Of a DNA stretch of 64,000 bases, positions 62,730-64,000 are shown one piece after another. The position numbers and the translations under genes are program-made. The notes below the pieces were generated by a model. The model had not been told where the DNA came from and made no database searches. It saw only the letters and a list, made by a program, of their open reading frames with translations. The number at the start of each line of letters is the position of its first letter. Within the stretch, counting starts at the first letter, position 1. This DNA comes from the human T2T-CHM13v2.0 reference genome, Homo sapiens, in the NCBI RefSeq assembly GCF_009914755.1, contig NC_060937.1; one strand, 5' to 3'.

Positions 62730-63176
<447 letters not shown>

Positions 63177-64000
63177 TCACATTCAGAAAATTCAGACACC
63201 TCTTTATCCCTGAGGAAAAGTGGCCTCTGGGACAGGAAGGGACCAATGGCCTTCTTCAGACTTCTGTGACCAACAGTTGTACTTATTCTACAACTACATA
63301 ACAATAGACACTGTGGCTACTGAAGCAGAAAGTGCACCATCACTGTTCCTCTGGCTTGTCGCACTCCTTCCCTATAGCCAGGCACTCATCTAGGACTCTC
63401 AGAATCATTTCACACTGACATCCTGCCAAGAATTAGCTTTCAAAAAGAAAGCACATCAAGTTGTGTGCAGGAAGTGGAGGGCAGAGATTATGGTTTCTGT
63501 TCATGTATCCCAATTTCTAGAACAGTGTCTGGCTGCATAAATTATCAAATGAAACAGTCATGGACCTCAAGAGGGGAGAGAGTAACCTCAGATCGTAAAT
63601 CCAGTGGGCACTTTTCAGTTTTTTCTTACTTTGCTTATTCCATCAATGGCTTCCTATCTCACTCAAAAAAAGCAAAGATTTTACAGTGGCCTTCAAGACT
63701 ACAGTAACTTGCCCCTGTCCCCCAACTTTAATCTTCTACTGTGCTCTTCTTCACTCACCCTGCTCTAGCTGTCTTGCTTGTTCTTAGCAACCAGGCATGC
63801 CCTCAAAGGGTTTTTGCCCCTGTTGTTCCCTTTGTTGGGACTCTCCCCGCCATCCCCCATGTGGGGATGGCTTACTCCCTCACCAGTTTCAGGTTTATAC
63901 TCAAGAGTCACCTTCTCTGTAAGAGCTTCCCTAACCACTCAATTTATAGCAGTCCTCCCTTAAACCCCCTCCTCAACCCTCATACTCTTCAGAGCCCTGG

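Overview
Primate (almost certainly human, chr13q12) genomic DNA. It contains exons 2-14 of MTMR6 (myotubularin-related protein 6, a PI(3)P/PI(3,5)P2 3-phosphatase) on the minus strand. Exon 1 and the promoter lie beyond the right edge. I placed all 13 coding exons by hand. They have GT-AG boundaries, compatible phases and sum to codons 9-621 plus stop, with the catalytic HCSDGWDR motif in exon 9. A ~3 kb 3'UTR ends near an AATAAA at 27908-27913. The left ~27 kb is repeat-dense downstream DNA (Alu, L1, L2, MIR, MaLR/ERV LTRs, DNA transposons). Nearly all ORFs in the supplied track are repeat-derived noise. I found no wholly new biological system. Five observations stand out. (1) A frame-preserving 114-nt cassette exon (42235-42348) sits between inverted Alus. 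(2) A composite insertion at ~24705-26200 is built from an inverted copy of 22814-22981 and a direct copy of the MTMR6 3'UTR (28447-28617), and was later hit by Alus and an LTR12. (3) Several smaller locally templated copies exist, including a 28-bp duplicate of the exon 11 splice donor. (4) A MADE1 (miR-548-type) hairpin lies in the 3'UTR. (5) There is a candidate distal alternative last exon at ~9825-10241. Repeat subfamily names and boundaries come from recognition by eye and are approximate.
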